Shown here: positions 20,571 through 29,546 of the stretch, in pieces
Layout: each line of letters opens with the position of its first letter
Numbering within the stretch: position 1 is the first letter of the stretch
Notes under the pieces: model-generated
What the model was told of the DNA's origin: nothing
The model's database searches: none
Seen by the model: the letters and a program-made list of their open reading frames with translations, nothing else
NCBI GenBank assembly: GCA_018971685.1
Contig: JAGXAG010000006.1
Span: 62 to 64,061, forward strand
Direction of reading: 5' to 3'
Length of the DNA: 64,000 bases
From: Patescibacteria group bacterium
GTDB lineage: Bacteria > Patescibacteriota > Minisyncoccia > Phycocordibacterales > PALSA-1337
Made by a program: the position numbers and the translations under genes

Positions 20571-22838
20571 ATGAATGCCATGCCCAAAAAAGCCCCGAAA
20601 GAGGCGGTAGAACGCCTAAATAAGCTCAAAGAGGCGATAGAGAAGCATCGCTACAACTATTATGTGCTAGACCAAACCGAGGTCTCCGACGCGGCATATG
20701 ATTCGCTGGTACATGAATTGGCGGAAATAGAAGCGGAATATCCGGAATTATTCACGCCTGATTCGCCGTCGCAGAGAGTCGGCGGCGAGCCGTTGCCGGG
20801 ATTCAAGAAGGTCAGGCACGAAGTGCCGCAATGGTCTTTCAACGACGCTTTCACGCCCGAGGAGATGCGCGATTTCGACGCGCGCGTCAAGCGATTCTTG
20901 GCGCAGGCGGGCGCCAAGGGAAGCGGCGAAGACGCGGGCGCGCCAAGGCCTTCGTACACCTGCGAGCACAAGATCGACGGGCTAAAGATCGTGCTTACTT
21001 ACGAAAACGGAATTTTGAAACAAGCGGCGACCCGGGGCGACGGCACCGTCGGCGAAGATGTGACGGAAAATGTTAAGACGATCAGGTCGGTGCCGTTGCG
21101 GCTCCGTGAACCGATTTCGATGATCGTCGAGGGCGAAGCCTGGATAGCGAAGAGCACGCTCGAATCCTTAAATAAAACGCGGATTGAAAACAGCTTGGAG
21201 CCGTTCGCGAACCCGCGGAATCTGGCGGCGGGATCGATCCGGCAGTTGGATCCGAAGGTGGCGGCTGAGCGTAGACTGGACTCCTTTATTTACGAGATGG
21301 CGACGCCGGCCTCTCCCTCCTCGCCGCGACGAAGTGTCTCACATCCGGCTTCGTCTCGTTCGACACTTGCCGCCGGCTCGACGGTCGAGGCCGGCTTCCC
21401 GCGGACGCAATGTGAAGAATTGGAATTTTTGCGCCGCATGGGATTCAAGGTCAATAAAAACTTCGAGCATTGCAAAGACATCGATGAAGTAATCGCGTAC
21501 TGGGAAAAATGGCGCGGCAAAATGAAAGATCAGGACTACTGGGCGGACGGGATCGTGGTGAAAGTGGATGAACGGAAATATCAAGAGGCGCTGGGCTATA
21601 CCGGCAAGGCGCCGCGATGGGGCATAGCGTTCAAATATCCCGGCGAAGAAGTCACGACCGTCTTGGAAGACATCGTCTTCCAAGTCGGCCGGATGGGCAC
21701 GATCACGCCGGTGGCGGTATTGAAGCCGGTTTCAGTCGGCGGTTCGACGGTTTCAAGGGCGACTCTGCACAATGAAGATGAAATCAAGCGACTGGATGTG
21801 CGTATCGGCGACACGGTCGTATTGCGCAAAGCCGGCGATGTTATCCCGGACATCGTGTCGGTGGTGAAAGAGCTCCGGGTGGCGTCGAGCAAACCGTTCG
21901 TCTGGCCTTCGCGGGTGGCGGCTTGCGGCGGCGACGGCAAGATCGAGCGCGTGCCGGGCGAAGCGGCTTGGCGGTGCGCCGACCGCAATTCATTCGAGCA
22001 ACAAAAAAGAAAACTTTATTATTTCACTTCGAAACACTGCTTCGACATCGACGGCATGGGGCCGAAGGTGATCGATTTGCTCTTGGAGCACGGCCTTATC
22101 TCTTCGCCGGCGGACATTTTCACCTTGAAGAAAGGCGATTTGGAGAATTTGCCGCGCATGGGAACAAAGTCGGCCGATAATTTGATGCGGGCTATCGAGA
22201 AAGCGCGCACGGTTACTTTGCCGCGATTCATCGCTTCGCTCTCTATTCCGCAAGTCGGCGAAGAGACGGCGTATGATCTTGCGCGACATTTCAGTGCCAC
22301 TACATCCCCGTCCGTTGTGGAGGACCTTCGGGACACGCCGTCGGCGCCTGCTGGCGCCGCGGCTGGCTCTCGGCCGCCTTCGCGACCTCCGAGGCGTCCC
22401 TCAGGTCTCTCCACGACGGACAGGGCGACTATCCTGTTGCGTGAAATGTTTGCAGCAGGTGTCGATGATTTTGAGAAAATCAATGGAGTCGGGCCGAAAG
22501 TTGCGCAGTCAATAGTCAGTTGGTTTGGAAATCAGGACAATCGCCGATTGGTCCACAGATTATTGAAGCTTGTGACGATCGAAATCGAGAAAGAAATAAC
22601 AGGATCGGCAAACTCACTCGCCGGCAAATCGTTCGTCTTTACCGGCACATTGCCGACTCTGCAAAGGGAAGAGGCGCAAAACATGGTGCGCCGAAACGGC
22701 GGCAGTGTTTCGAACTCGGTTTCCAAGAAAACTTCGTTTCTGGTCGCCGGCGCCGACGCCGGTTCGAAATTGGACAAAGCGCGCGAATCGGGCGTCAAGG
22801 TTATTTCCGAAGATGAATTCTTGAAAATGATAGGATAA
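20571..22838 (+). CDS. ligA: NAD-dependent DNA ligase with two in-frame palindromic insertions
   Basis: EHKIDG, TRGDG..GEDVT, FANPRN, DGIVVK, HhH motifs, BRCT (GKSFVFTGTL). Confidence 0.97.
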   Translation: MNAMPKKAPKEAVERLNKLKEAIEKHRYNYYVLDQTEVSDAAYDSLVHELAEIEAEYPELFTPDSPSQRVGGEPLPGFKKVRHEVPQWSFNDAFTPEEMRDFDARVKRFLAQAGAKGSGEDAGAPRPSYTCEHKIDGLKIVLTYENGILKQAATRGDGTVGEDVTENVKTIRSVPLRLREPISMIVEGEAWIAKSTLESLNKTRIENSLEPFANPRNLAAGSIRQLDPKVAAERRLDSFIYEMATPASPSSPRRSVSHPASSRSTLAAGSTVEAGFPRTQCEELEFLRRMGFKVNKNFEHCKDIDEVIAYWEKWRGKMKDQDYWADGIVVKVDERKYQEALGYTGKAPRWGIAFKYPGEEVTTVLEDIVFQVGRMGTITPVAVLKPVSVGGSTVSRATLHNEDEIKRLDVRIGDTVVLRKAGDVIPDIVSVVKELRVASSKPFVWPSRVAACGGDGKIERVPGEAAWRCADRNSFEQQKRKLYYFTSKHCFDIDGMGPKVIDLLLEHGLISSPADIFTLKKGDLENLPRMGTKSADNLMRAIEKARTVTLPRFIASLSIPQVGEETAYDLARHFSATTSPSVVEDLRDTPSAPAGAAAGSRPPSRPPRRPSGLSTTDRATILLREMFAAGVDDFEKINGVGPKVAQSIVSWFGNQDNRRLVHRLLKLVTIEIEKEITGSANSLAGKSFVFTGTLPTLQREEAQNMVRRNGGSVSNSVSKKTSFLVAGADAGSKLDKARESGVKVISEDEFLKMIG
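21305..21395 (+). repeat. Palindromic element family A, copy 1 (in frame in ligA)
   Basis: Ends GCCGGCCTC/GAGGCCGGC; the 81-nt core is 76/81 identical to the 23159-23247 copy. Confidence 0.9.
22306..22425. repeat. Palindromic element family B (120 bp, in frame in ligA)
   Basis: CCCCGTCCGTTGTGGAG pairs with CTCCACGACGGACAGGG; nested GACCT/AGGTC and GGGAC/GTCCC. Confidence 0.85.
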
Positions 22839-22854
22839 GTGGTAGAATCGCATC

Positions 22855-23148
22855 ATGATAACCGAAAAAGAACTTGAACGCCTGGCGATTCTGGCCAGAA
22901 TAAAATTGTCGGAAGGCGACAAAAAGTCGCTGGTCAAGGAATTCGACTCGATTTTGGGCTATATCGACCAATTAAAGAAAGTTGAGGTTTCCCTCGACGC
23001 TTCCGCGCGCGTCGGATCCGTCAAGAATGTTACCAGGCCCGATGTTGTCGAAAATACCAGCCGAGAAGATCGTGAGCGATTGTTGAACGAAGCGCCCGAC
23101 CGCCAAGGCGATTTTATTGCTGTGAAAAAAATCTTGAATAACACTTAG
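22855..23148 (+). CDS. gatC: Asp/Glu-tRNA amidotransferase subunit C
   Basis: LAILARIKL, ILGYIDQL, NVTRPD; adjacent to gatA. Confidence 0.93.
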   Translation: MITEKELERLAILARIKLSEGDKKSLVKEFDSILGYIDQLKKVEVSLDASARVGSVKNVTRPDVVENTSREDRERLLNEAPDRQGDFIAVKKILNNT

Positions 23149-23158
23149 ATTCGCGCCA

Positions 23159-23247
23159 GCCGCCTCGACCGTCGAGCCGGCGACAAGTGTCGAACGAGGC
23201 GAAGCCGAATGTGAGACGCTTCGTCGCGCCGAGGAGGGAGAGGTGGC
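23159..23247 (-). repeat. Palindromic element family A, copy 2 (intergenic gatC-gatA, inverted)
   Basis: Its reverse complement matches the ligA 21310-21390 insert. Confidence 0.9.
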
Positions 23248-23277
23248 GGTCGAATTACCCAAGTTGAATTAATTAAA

Positions 23278-24726
23278 ATGAAAATCGATTTGAAATCACT
23301 CACGATCAAAAAAGCCTCCGATCACTTGAAAAAAGGCGATTTTTCCGCCGTTGAATTGACCCAAGCATACCATGATGAAATCACCAAGAAGAACAAGGAC
23401 ATTAACGCCTACCTGGAAGTTTTCGACGACGCTCTGGATGCCGCCAAGCAGGCCGATGAAAAGATCGCCGACGCCCGGAAAACCCGCAAGGAAATAAGCC
23501 CGCTTGCCGGCATTCCATGCGGCGTGAAAGACAACATCCTCATAAAAGGCAAAATCGCCAGCGCCGCTTCCAAAATCCTGGAAAATTATCATGCCACTTA
23601 TGACGCCACCGTTATAAAAAAATTAGCCGCGAATGGCGCCGTATTTCTCGGCCGCACCAACATGGATGAATTCGCCATGGGCGGCTCGACCGAGAATTCC
23701 GCTTTCGGCGTGACCAAGAACCCGTATGATTTGGGCAGAGTCGCTGGCGGCTCTTCCGGCGGTTCGGCGGCGGCGGTTGCCATGGACGGCGCTTTGTTCG
23801 CCTTGGGTTCCGATACCGGCGGTTCTATCCGACAGCCGGCGAGCTTTTGCGGCGTGGTCGGATTGAAGCCGACTTACGGCGCGGTTTCCAGGTACGGCGT
23901 CATGGCCATGGGATCTTCGCTCGACCAGATCGGCCCGATCGCAAAAACCGCCTCCGACGCCGAGATCGTATTCAATGCAATCAAGGGCAACGATCTGAAA
24001 GACGGCACGATGATCAAGGATAACACTTATACCAAGAAAAGAATCGGCAAAAACAAGCCGGTTATAGGCGTACCGCGGCATTTTCTAGCCGGCGACGGCA
24101 TAGACCATGAAGTGTTAAAGGCGTTCAATGAAGCCGTTGATTTATTCAAGGCCAAAGGATATGAGATGAAAGAGATAAAACTGCCGAATATTTCCTATGC
24201 GCTCATGGTCTACTACATCATCATGCCGGCGGAAGTGTCGTCGAATTTGGCCAGGTTCGATGGCGTGAAATACGGCTTGCGCAAAAACGGCAAAGACGGC
24301 ATTGACGATTATTTTGAAACGAGGCGCGTCGGTTTCGGCCGGGAAGTGATACGCCGCATTCTGCTCGGGACTTATGTGCTGTCGTCCGGTTATTACGACG
24401 CCTACTACAATCGCGCCAACGCGGTGCGTCGGATGATTACCGGCGATTTCCTGAAAGCGTTCGAATCGGTTGACGCGATCGCCATGCCGACCGCACCCTC
24501 TCCGGCTTTCAAGATCGGCGAGAAGGCCAGCGACCCGGTTGCCATGTATCTGGAAGATATTTTTACGGTTACCGCCAATCTGACAGGCTTGCCGGCCATT
24601 TCGATCCCGTGCGGCTTCGCGGAAAACAGCGGGAAAAAATTACCGGTGGGCTTGCAGCTCACCGCGCGCCACGGCGACGAGTCGACGCTGTTTGAAACCG
24701 GCAAAGACTTTTTGGGCGAGTCGTGA
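23278..24726 (+). CDS. gatA: Asp/Glu-tRNA amidotransferase subunit A
   Basis: KDNI, NMDEFAMGGSTENS, GGSSGGS, GSDTGGSIRQPA, LARFDG. Confidence 0.97.
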   Translation: MKIDLKSLTIKKASDHLKKGDFSAVELTQAYHDEITKKNKDINAYLEVFDDALDAAKQADEKIADARKTRKEISPLAGIPCGVKDNILIKGKIASAASKILENYHATYDATVIKKLAANGAVFLGRTNMDEFAMGGSTENSAFGVTKNPYDLGRVAGGSSGGSAAAVAMDGALFALGSDTGGSIRQPASFCGVVGLKPTYGAVSRYGVMAMGSSLDQIGPIAKTASDAEIVFNAIKGNDLKDGTMIKDNTYTKKRIGKNKPVIGVPRHFLAGDGIDHEVLKAFNEAVDLFKAKGYEMKEIKLPNISYALMVYYIIMPAEVSSNLARFDGVKYGLRKNGKDGIDDYFETRRVGFGREVIRRILLGTYVLSSGYYDAYYNRANAVRRMITGDFLKAFESVDAIAMPTAPSPAFKIGEKASDPVAMYLEDIFTVTANLTGLPAISIPCGFAENSGKKLPVGLQLTARHGDESTLFETGKDFLGES

Positions 24727-24765
24727 TCGCGCGCCTGCCGCGCGCGAACGATTTTTTGCTATAAT

Positions 24766-25359
24766 ATGGTCATGCAACCTGCACTCGAGATCCCATACAT
24801 CGATTTCGGTTCATTCTTCAAGTCGATCGGCTCAGCCACCGTTGATTTCTATCCGCATTTAATCCAAGGCATAAAGGATGTAGCCGGCATACTGATAGGC
24901 ATTTCCATACCGTTGTCGCTCTTTTTCCTTATCGTCATCATCTACAGTACCGAGCAATTGAAGCGCATACGCAAGAAAGAGGCCGAAGCTTTCGACCTCA
25001 AGGTCGTGCCCGCATATGAAAAGACCGAAGGCGGCGATCCCGAAACCGCCAAACGCTGGCGGGACATTGTCGAGCACATTTCTTCGAACAACTCCAACGA
25101 TTGGCGTCAAGCTCTGATCGATGCCGACATTATTCTCGATCAGACGCTTACCAAAATGGGCTATCAAGGGCAAACCGTCGGCGACAAACTTCAGCGCGTG
25201 GCCAAAGGGGACTTCAATACGATCGACGACGCCTGGAAGGCGCACAAAGTCAGGAATCAGATCGCGCACGAGGGCTCCGGTTTCGAGCTCAATCACCACG
25301 AAGCCAAAAAAGCGTTCGACGCGTACCGCCGAGTGTTCGAGGAGTTTTATTACATTTAA
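24766..25359 (+). CDS. Conserved hypothetical membrane-anchored protein
   Basis: One TM helix, then W..A.IDAD..LD and AW.AHKVRN.IAH motifs. Confidence 0.85.
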   Translation: MVMQPALEIPYIDFGSFFKSIGSATVDFYPHLIQGIKDVAGILIGISIPLSLFFLIVIIYSTEQLKRIRKKEAEAFDLKVVPAYEKTEGGDPETAKRWRDIVEHISSNNSNDWRQALIDADIILDQTLTKMGYQGQTVGDKLQRVAKGDFNTIDDAWKAHKVRNQIAHEGSGFELNHHEAKKAFDAYRRVFEEFYYI

Positions 25360-25386
25360 CGAGGACTAACCTCGAAGTTCTGCTTG

Positions 25387-25458
25387 TTGCGGGGGCCGGA
25401 ATCGAACCGGCAATCTTCAGGTTATGAGCCTGACGAGCTACCGTTACTCTACCCCGCG
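25387..25458 (-). tRNA. tRNA-fMet (CAT), initiator-like
   Basis: Cloverleaf with C1:A72 mismatch; anticodon arm TCAGG-CT-CAT-AA-CCTGA. Confidence 0.93.
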
Positions 25459-25549
25459 ATAATTACCAATAGTATTGCACACATGTCTAATCGGCGCAAT
25501 ATGTGATGTGAACATGACTCGAACCATGGTATACTACTAATTATACAAT

Positions 25550-26260
25550 ATGTCGAAGTTCGAATTAAAGCCTGAAGTCATCAAGCTGAGAAAGTCTGGC
25601 AAAAGTATTTTTGATATATCTAAAGCAATGAGAATATCCAAAAGTACCGCATCCATATGGTGCAGGAATATCGTAATGACCGTTTCTCAGAGAAATAATC
25701 TTATCGATAGAATGATAAAAAGCGGTCATGCCGGTCGTATCAAGGGGGCGGAAGCCAATAGAAATAAGAAATATATAGTGCAAGAGGAGGCAAAGGTGTG
25801 GGCGAATAAAACAGTATCGCAGATATCTTTGCGCGACAGATTGATAGCTGGACTCGCTCTGTATTGGGCAGAAGGTAGCAAAGCGGATTCCACTTTTGGA
25901 TTCGTCTTTGTAAACTCTGATCCCGTTATGGTCAGATTCATGTTAGATTGGCTTGTCGAGATCATGGATGTGCCAAAAGAGCAGATTACCGCCGCGGTGT
26001 CCATAAATATGATGCACAAGTCAAGAGATAAAGAGGTTTTGAATTTTTGGTCGCATCTGCTAGACTTGCCTTTAAGCTCCTTTTCCAAGACATTTTTTGC
26101 TTCCTCAGTGCGACGAAAGATATATGCAAATCACTCCAGACATTTCGGTGTGCTAAGATTGAGCGTCAGGAAAAGCAGTCGGTTGAAATATAAGGTAATT
26201 GAGATGATAAATGTGTTAAAAGCCGGTGTAGCTCAGGTGGTTAGAGCGAACGCTTCATAA
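25550..26260 (+). CDS. Hypothetical protein with N-terminal HTH and LAGLIDADG-like core; overlaps a tRNA
   Basis: LRKSGKSI..I...ISKST.S.W, AGLALYWAEGSK, FVNSDP, FWS. Confidence 0.75.
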   Translation: MSKFELKPEVIKLRKSGKSIFDISKAMRISKSTASIWCRNIVMTVSQRNNLIDRMIKSGHAGRIKGAEANRNKKYIVQEEAKVWANKTVSQISLRDRLIAGLALYWAEGSKADSTFGFVFVNSDPVMVRFMLDWLVEIMDVPKEQITAAVSINMMHKSRDKEVLNFWSHLLDLPLSSFSKTFFASSVRRKIYANHSRHFGVLRLSVRKSSRLKYKVIEMINVLKAGVAQVVRANAS

Positions 26261-26295
26261 GCGTTAGGTCCCTGGTTCAAGTCCAGGCACCGGCA
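26222..26295 (+). tRNA. tRNA-Met or Ile2 (CAT)
   Basis: Cloverleaf; AACGC-TT-CAT-AA-GCGTT. Confidence 0.92.
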
Positions 26296-26418
26296 CAAGG
26301 TCCTGTGCTTATGGGCTTCGCATACAACAGTCACATATAATGCTGGTACGAAACAGGCCCGCCCTTTTCTTGTTTTTTATAGAATTTTTGATAAACTGAT
26401 TTTGTCCGATCTTTTTAT

Positions 26419-26493
26419 GCGCCCGTGGTGTAGCCTGGCTAACACGTTCCCCTGTCACGGGAAAGATCGTGGGTTCAAATCCCATCGGGCGCG
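26419..26493 (+). tRNA. tRNA-Asp (GTC)
   Basis: TTCCC-CT-GTC-AC-GGGAA. Confidence 0.95.
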
Positions 26494-26514
26494 CAGTTCG
26501 TTTAAAATTCAGTT

Positions 26515-26590
26515 GCCAATGTAGCTCAGTTGGTAGAGCAGCCCCATGGTAAGGGGCAGGTCGCCAGTTCAATTCTGGCCATTGGCTCCA
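26515..26590 (+). tRNA. tRNA-Thr (GGT)
   Basis: GCCCC-AT-GGT-AA-GGGGC; CCA encoded. Confidence 0.95.
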
Positions 26591-26614
26591 GAATATGCGC
26601 GAAGTCGCAGACGC

Positions 26615-26690
26615 GCCAAAGTAGCTCAGTTGGTAGAGCACCGCTTTCGTAAAGCGGGGGTCGTGGGTTCAAGCCCCACCTTTGGCTCCA
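26615..26690 (+). tRNA. tRNA-Thr (CGT)
   Basis: CCGCT-TT-CGT-AA-AGCGG; CCA encoded. Confidence 0.95.
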
Positions 26691-26700
26691 AGGCAAATTT

Positions 26701-27666
26701 ATGGACAAAGAAAAAACACAACAGAAGATCGCCGAACTCGAGAACGCCATGAATGCGCCGGATTTTTGGGCGGACAAGGCGAAGGCGCAGGAGGCCATAC
26801 GGGAGTTGAAGAAATTGAAAGAGGAACTCGAAGGCGCGGGGAAATATGACAGGGGGGACGCCATATTGTCGATCCTTTCCGGCGCCGGCGGCGACGATGC
26901 CGAAGATTTCTCCGCCATGCTCGCACGCATGTACCGCAAGTATTGCGAGTCAAACGGTTGGAGTTGGAATATTGTTCACACCAATGAAAATGACCATGGC
27001 GGTTACAGGAACATCACTGTTGAAATAAGCGGTGGTCCGATCGTGGTCAGACCGGCCCAAGGCTCGGTCGGTAAGGATTCAAATCACGAAAATTTGAATG
27101 ACAATACAGCCGTGAAAACCGGCCCATACGGAGTTTTGAAGAACGAATCCGGAGTACATCGGCTGGTTCGGATTTCGCCGTTTAACGCCAATGAAAAAAG
27201 GCACACTTCATTCTCGCTGGTGGAAATATTGCCGAAATTCGAGAAAACTTCCGAGGGCGACATCGTGATACCGGAAAGCGATATCGAAGTGTCGATCGCC
27301 AAGTCCGGCGGTCCCGGCGGACAGAATGTCAACAAGCGCGAAACCGCCGTGCGCCTTTTGCACAAGCCGACCGGCATTTCCATACATGTTACTTCCGAAC
27401 GGTCGCAGGCCCAGAATAAAGAAAAGGCAATGGCGATCTTGCGCGCCAAGCTGTGGAAAAAGGCAGAAGATGACAGAGTTGCCAAGGAGCGCGGCATGCA
27501 GATCTCCTCGACCACTTTGATCGAATGGGGCAATCAGATACGGTCGTATGTTTTACATCCTTATAAGATGGTGAAAGACCACAGAACCGATCATGAGACT
27601 TCGCAGGTGGATAAAGTCTTGGATGGGGATATTCAAGGATTTATTGAGGCTGAATCACAGTTGTAA
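26701..27666 (+). CDS. prfB: Peptide chain release factor 2 (short N-domain, no frameshift)
   Basis: [35 protein letters not shown]. Confidence 0.92.
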   Translation: MDKEKTQQKIAELENAMNAPDFWADKAKAQEAIRELKKLKEELEGAGKYDRGDAILSILSGAGGDDAEDFSAMLARMYRKYCESNGWSWNIVHTNENDHGGYRNITVEISGGPIVVRPAQGSVGKDSNHENLNDNTAVKTGPYGVLKNESGVHRLVRISPFNANEKRHTSFSLVEILPKFEKTSEGDIVIPESDIEVSIAKSGGPGGQNVNKRETAVRLLHKPTGISIHVTSERSQAQNKEKAMAILRAKLWKKAEDDRVAKERGMQISSTTLIEWGNQIRSYVLHPYKMVKDHRTDHETSQVDKVLDGDIQGFIEAESQL

Positions 27667-27779
27667 AATCCCTTGCTCTTTTGCTTCGAATACTCTCGTT
27701 TCGTAAACCCATCATCCTGCTCCGCTAAGGCTTGCTCCGCGAGGTATTCTCAGCAACGAGCAAGGGATTTTCAATTGTG
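27656..27779. repeat. Long intergenic hairpin element between prfB and ftsE
   Basis: Perfect 14-bp IR AAAATCCCTTGCTC (27665-27678) / GAGCAAGGGATTTT (27758-27771), extended by imperfect inner and outer pairing. Confidence 0.8.
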
Positions 27780-27781
27780 CT

Positions 27782-28474
27782 ATGATTAAACCGATGATTT
27801 ATTACGACAAAGTCACCAAAGTTTATCCGGACAAATCAATTGCACTAGAGGAAGTCACTTTTGGGGTCGAGCCCAAGGAATTTGTGACGATAGTCGGACA
27901 TTCGGGCGCGGGCAAAACTACTCTGATGAAACTTTTGATCGCCGAAGAGAGGCCGAGCGGCGGCGCCGTCTTCTTCGAATCGAGCAATATACACCGTTTG
28001 GGCAAGCGCGACATGAGCAAGATACGCCGCCGGATAGGCACCATATTCCAGGATTACCGGCTGATACCGACTAGGACCGTCTATGAGAATATCTCTTTTG
28101 CCATGGAAGCGGCCGGGCGGGGAGACGGTGAAATCGCCGCCGATGTGCCGCATGTGCTCGAACTGGTCAATCTCGGGCACAAGATATGGAATTTTCCACG
28201 CGAATTGTCGGGCGGCGAACGGCAGAGGGTCGCTATCGCGCGCGCCATTGTCAATCAGCCGGATATCGTGATCGCCGATGAGCCGACCGGCAACCTCGAT
28301 CCCGAAAACACCTTTGAAATAGTCAGGATTTTGCGTAAAATTAACGAATTGGGCACGACCGTATTGCTGACGACGCACAATAAAGGAGTGGTGGATACGG
28401 TCGGCGGCAGGATTATTACGATGGAGAGAGGAAGGGTTGTGAAAGACGATAAAAATGGGAGATATGTTTTGTAG
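27782..28474 (+). CDS. ftsE: Cell division ATPase
   Basis: GHSGAGKTT, FQDYRL, LSGGERQR, ADEPTGNLD; upstream of ftsX. Confidence 0.93.
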   Translation: MIKPMIYYDKVTKVYPDKSIALEEVTFGVEPKEFVTIVGHSGAGKTTLMKLLIAEERPSGGAVFFESSNIHRLGKRDMSKIRRRIGTIFQDYRLIPTRTVYENISFAMEAAGRGDGEIAADVPHVLELVNLGHKIWNFPRELSGGERQRVAIARAIVNQPDIVIADEPTGNLDPENTFEIVRILRKINELGTTVLLTTHNKGVVDTVGGRIITMERGRVVKDDKNGRYVL

Positions 28475-28477
28475 TTT

Positions 28478-28504
28478 GTCATTCCCGCGAAAGCGGGAAT
28501 CCAG
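28478..28504 (+). repeat. dRS3/RPE-like short palindrome
   Basis: GTCATTCCCGCGAAAGCGGGAATCCAG (ATTCCC-N8-GGGAAT). Confidence 0.8.
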
Positions 28505-28525
28505 AATAAAAAACATTGCGATGTT

Positions 28526-29494
28526 ATGATCAAACCTATGATTTTCACCACATTCAAAAGAATAACCAAGACGGGCTTCGTCAACTTCTGGCGCAACGGA
28601 TTCCTGTCATTCGCGGCGATCGTGGTCATCACGCTGTCGCTGTGCGCCTTCGGCGGACTTTTGTTCGCCAGCGCGTTCGGACGATCGCTCATCGCCGATG
28701 TCAAAGACAAAGTGGATATCAATGTGTATTTTACGCTTTCGACGCCGGAGTCGAACATTCTGGCTTTGCAAAGCGATTTGAACGGCTTGCCGGAAGTCGC
28801 CAGCACCACCTATATATCGAGCGATCAGGCGCTTGCGTCATTCAAGGACAAGTGGCAGGACAACGCGCTCATCATGCAAGGGCTGGATGAAATCGGCAGC
28901 AATCCATTCCCGGCGTCGATCAATATCAAAGCCAAAGATCCGGGGCAGTACGGCGCGATCGCGGATTATCTGACGAGCAAAAATCCGACCGATTCTTCGG
29001 GCACGCCGATCATCGAAAAAGTCAATTACGCGCAAAACAAGCTTATCATTGATCGTTTGAGCAAAATAATTCCGGCGGTAGAGCAAGCGGGGGCGGTTTT
29101 GGCGATCATTCTGGTTCTGGTGGCGATGATCGTGGTCTTCAACACGATCCGGCTGATCGTCTATACCAGCAAAGACGAGATTGCAGTCATGAAGCTGGTC
29201 GGCGCGAGCAATGTGTTCGTGCGCGGGCCGCTGGTTGTCTCGGGCATCATGTATGGCGTCATTTCCGGGATTATCACGCTCGTCCTCATGGCGGCTTTCG
29301 CCTATTGGAGCGACGCCCTCATCTTGCGTTTGGCGGGCGTCGACGTGGCTTCCAATTTCGAGCTGGTCGTGAACCTTCTATCCAACTATTTTGTGCGCAA
29401 TTTCACGCAGATATTCCTGATCGTCATGGGCGCCGGAATTATTCTCGGCGGAGTGTCGAGTTATATTGCGGCCAGGAGGTATTTGAGAGTATAA
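28526..29494 (+). CDS. ftsX: Cell division permease
   Basis: Four TM helices, NPFPAS, NTIRL...EIAVMKLVGA. Confidence 0.93.
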   Translation: MIKPMIFTTFKRITKTGFVNFWRNGFLSFAAIVVITLSLCAFGGLLFASAFGRSLIADVKDKVDINVYFTLSTPESNILALQSDLNGLPEVASTTYISSDQALASFKDKWQDNALIMQGLDEIGSNPFPASINIKAKDPGQYGAIADYLTSKNPTDSSGTPIIEKVNYAQNKLIIDRLSKIIPAVEQAGAVLAIILVLVAMIVVFNTIRLIVYTSKDEIAVMKLVGASNVFVRGPLVVSGIMYGVISGIITLVLMAAFAYWSDALILRLAGVDVASNFELVVNLLSNYFVRNFTQIFLIVMGAGIILGGVSSYIAARRYLRV

Positions 29495-29522
29495 AAACCG
29501 CCGGACGATCGGTCGTCCGGCG
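29493..29522 (-). terminator. Terminator between convergent genes
   Basis: CGCCGGACGA-TCGG-TCGTCCGGCG with an adjacent A tract. Confidence 0.6.
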
Positions 29523-29546
29523 CGACAGGTGACGCTTGTCATCAGA

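Noticed and set aside
26309-26752. ORFs over the tRNA cluster; also 44688-45020 over rnpB
   Set aside because: Spurious translations of RNA genes.
27667-27678. 12-mer AATCCCTTGCTC shared between the prfB hairpin and array copy 4
   Set aside because: The arm order is opposite and there is no further similarity; probably chance.
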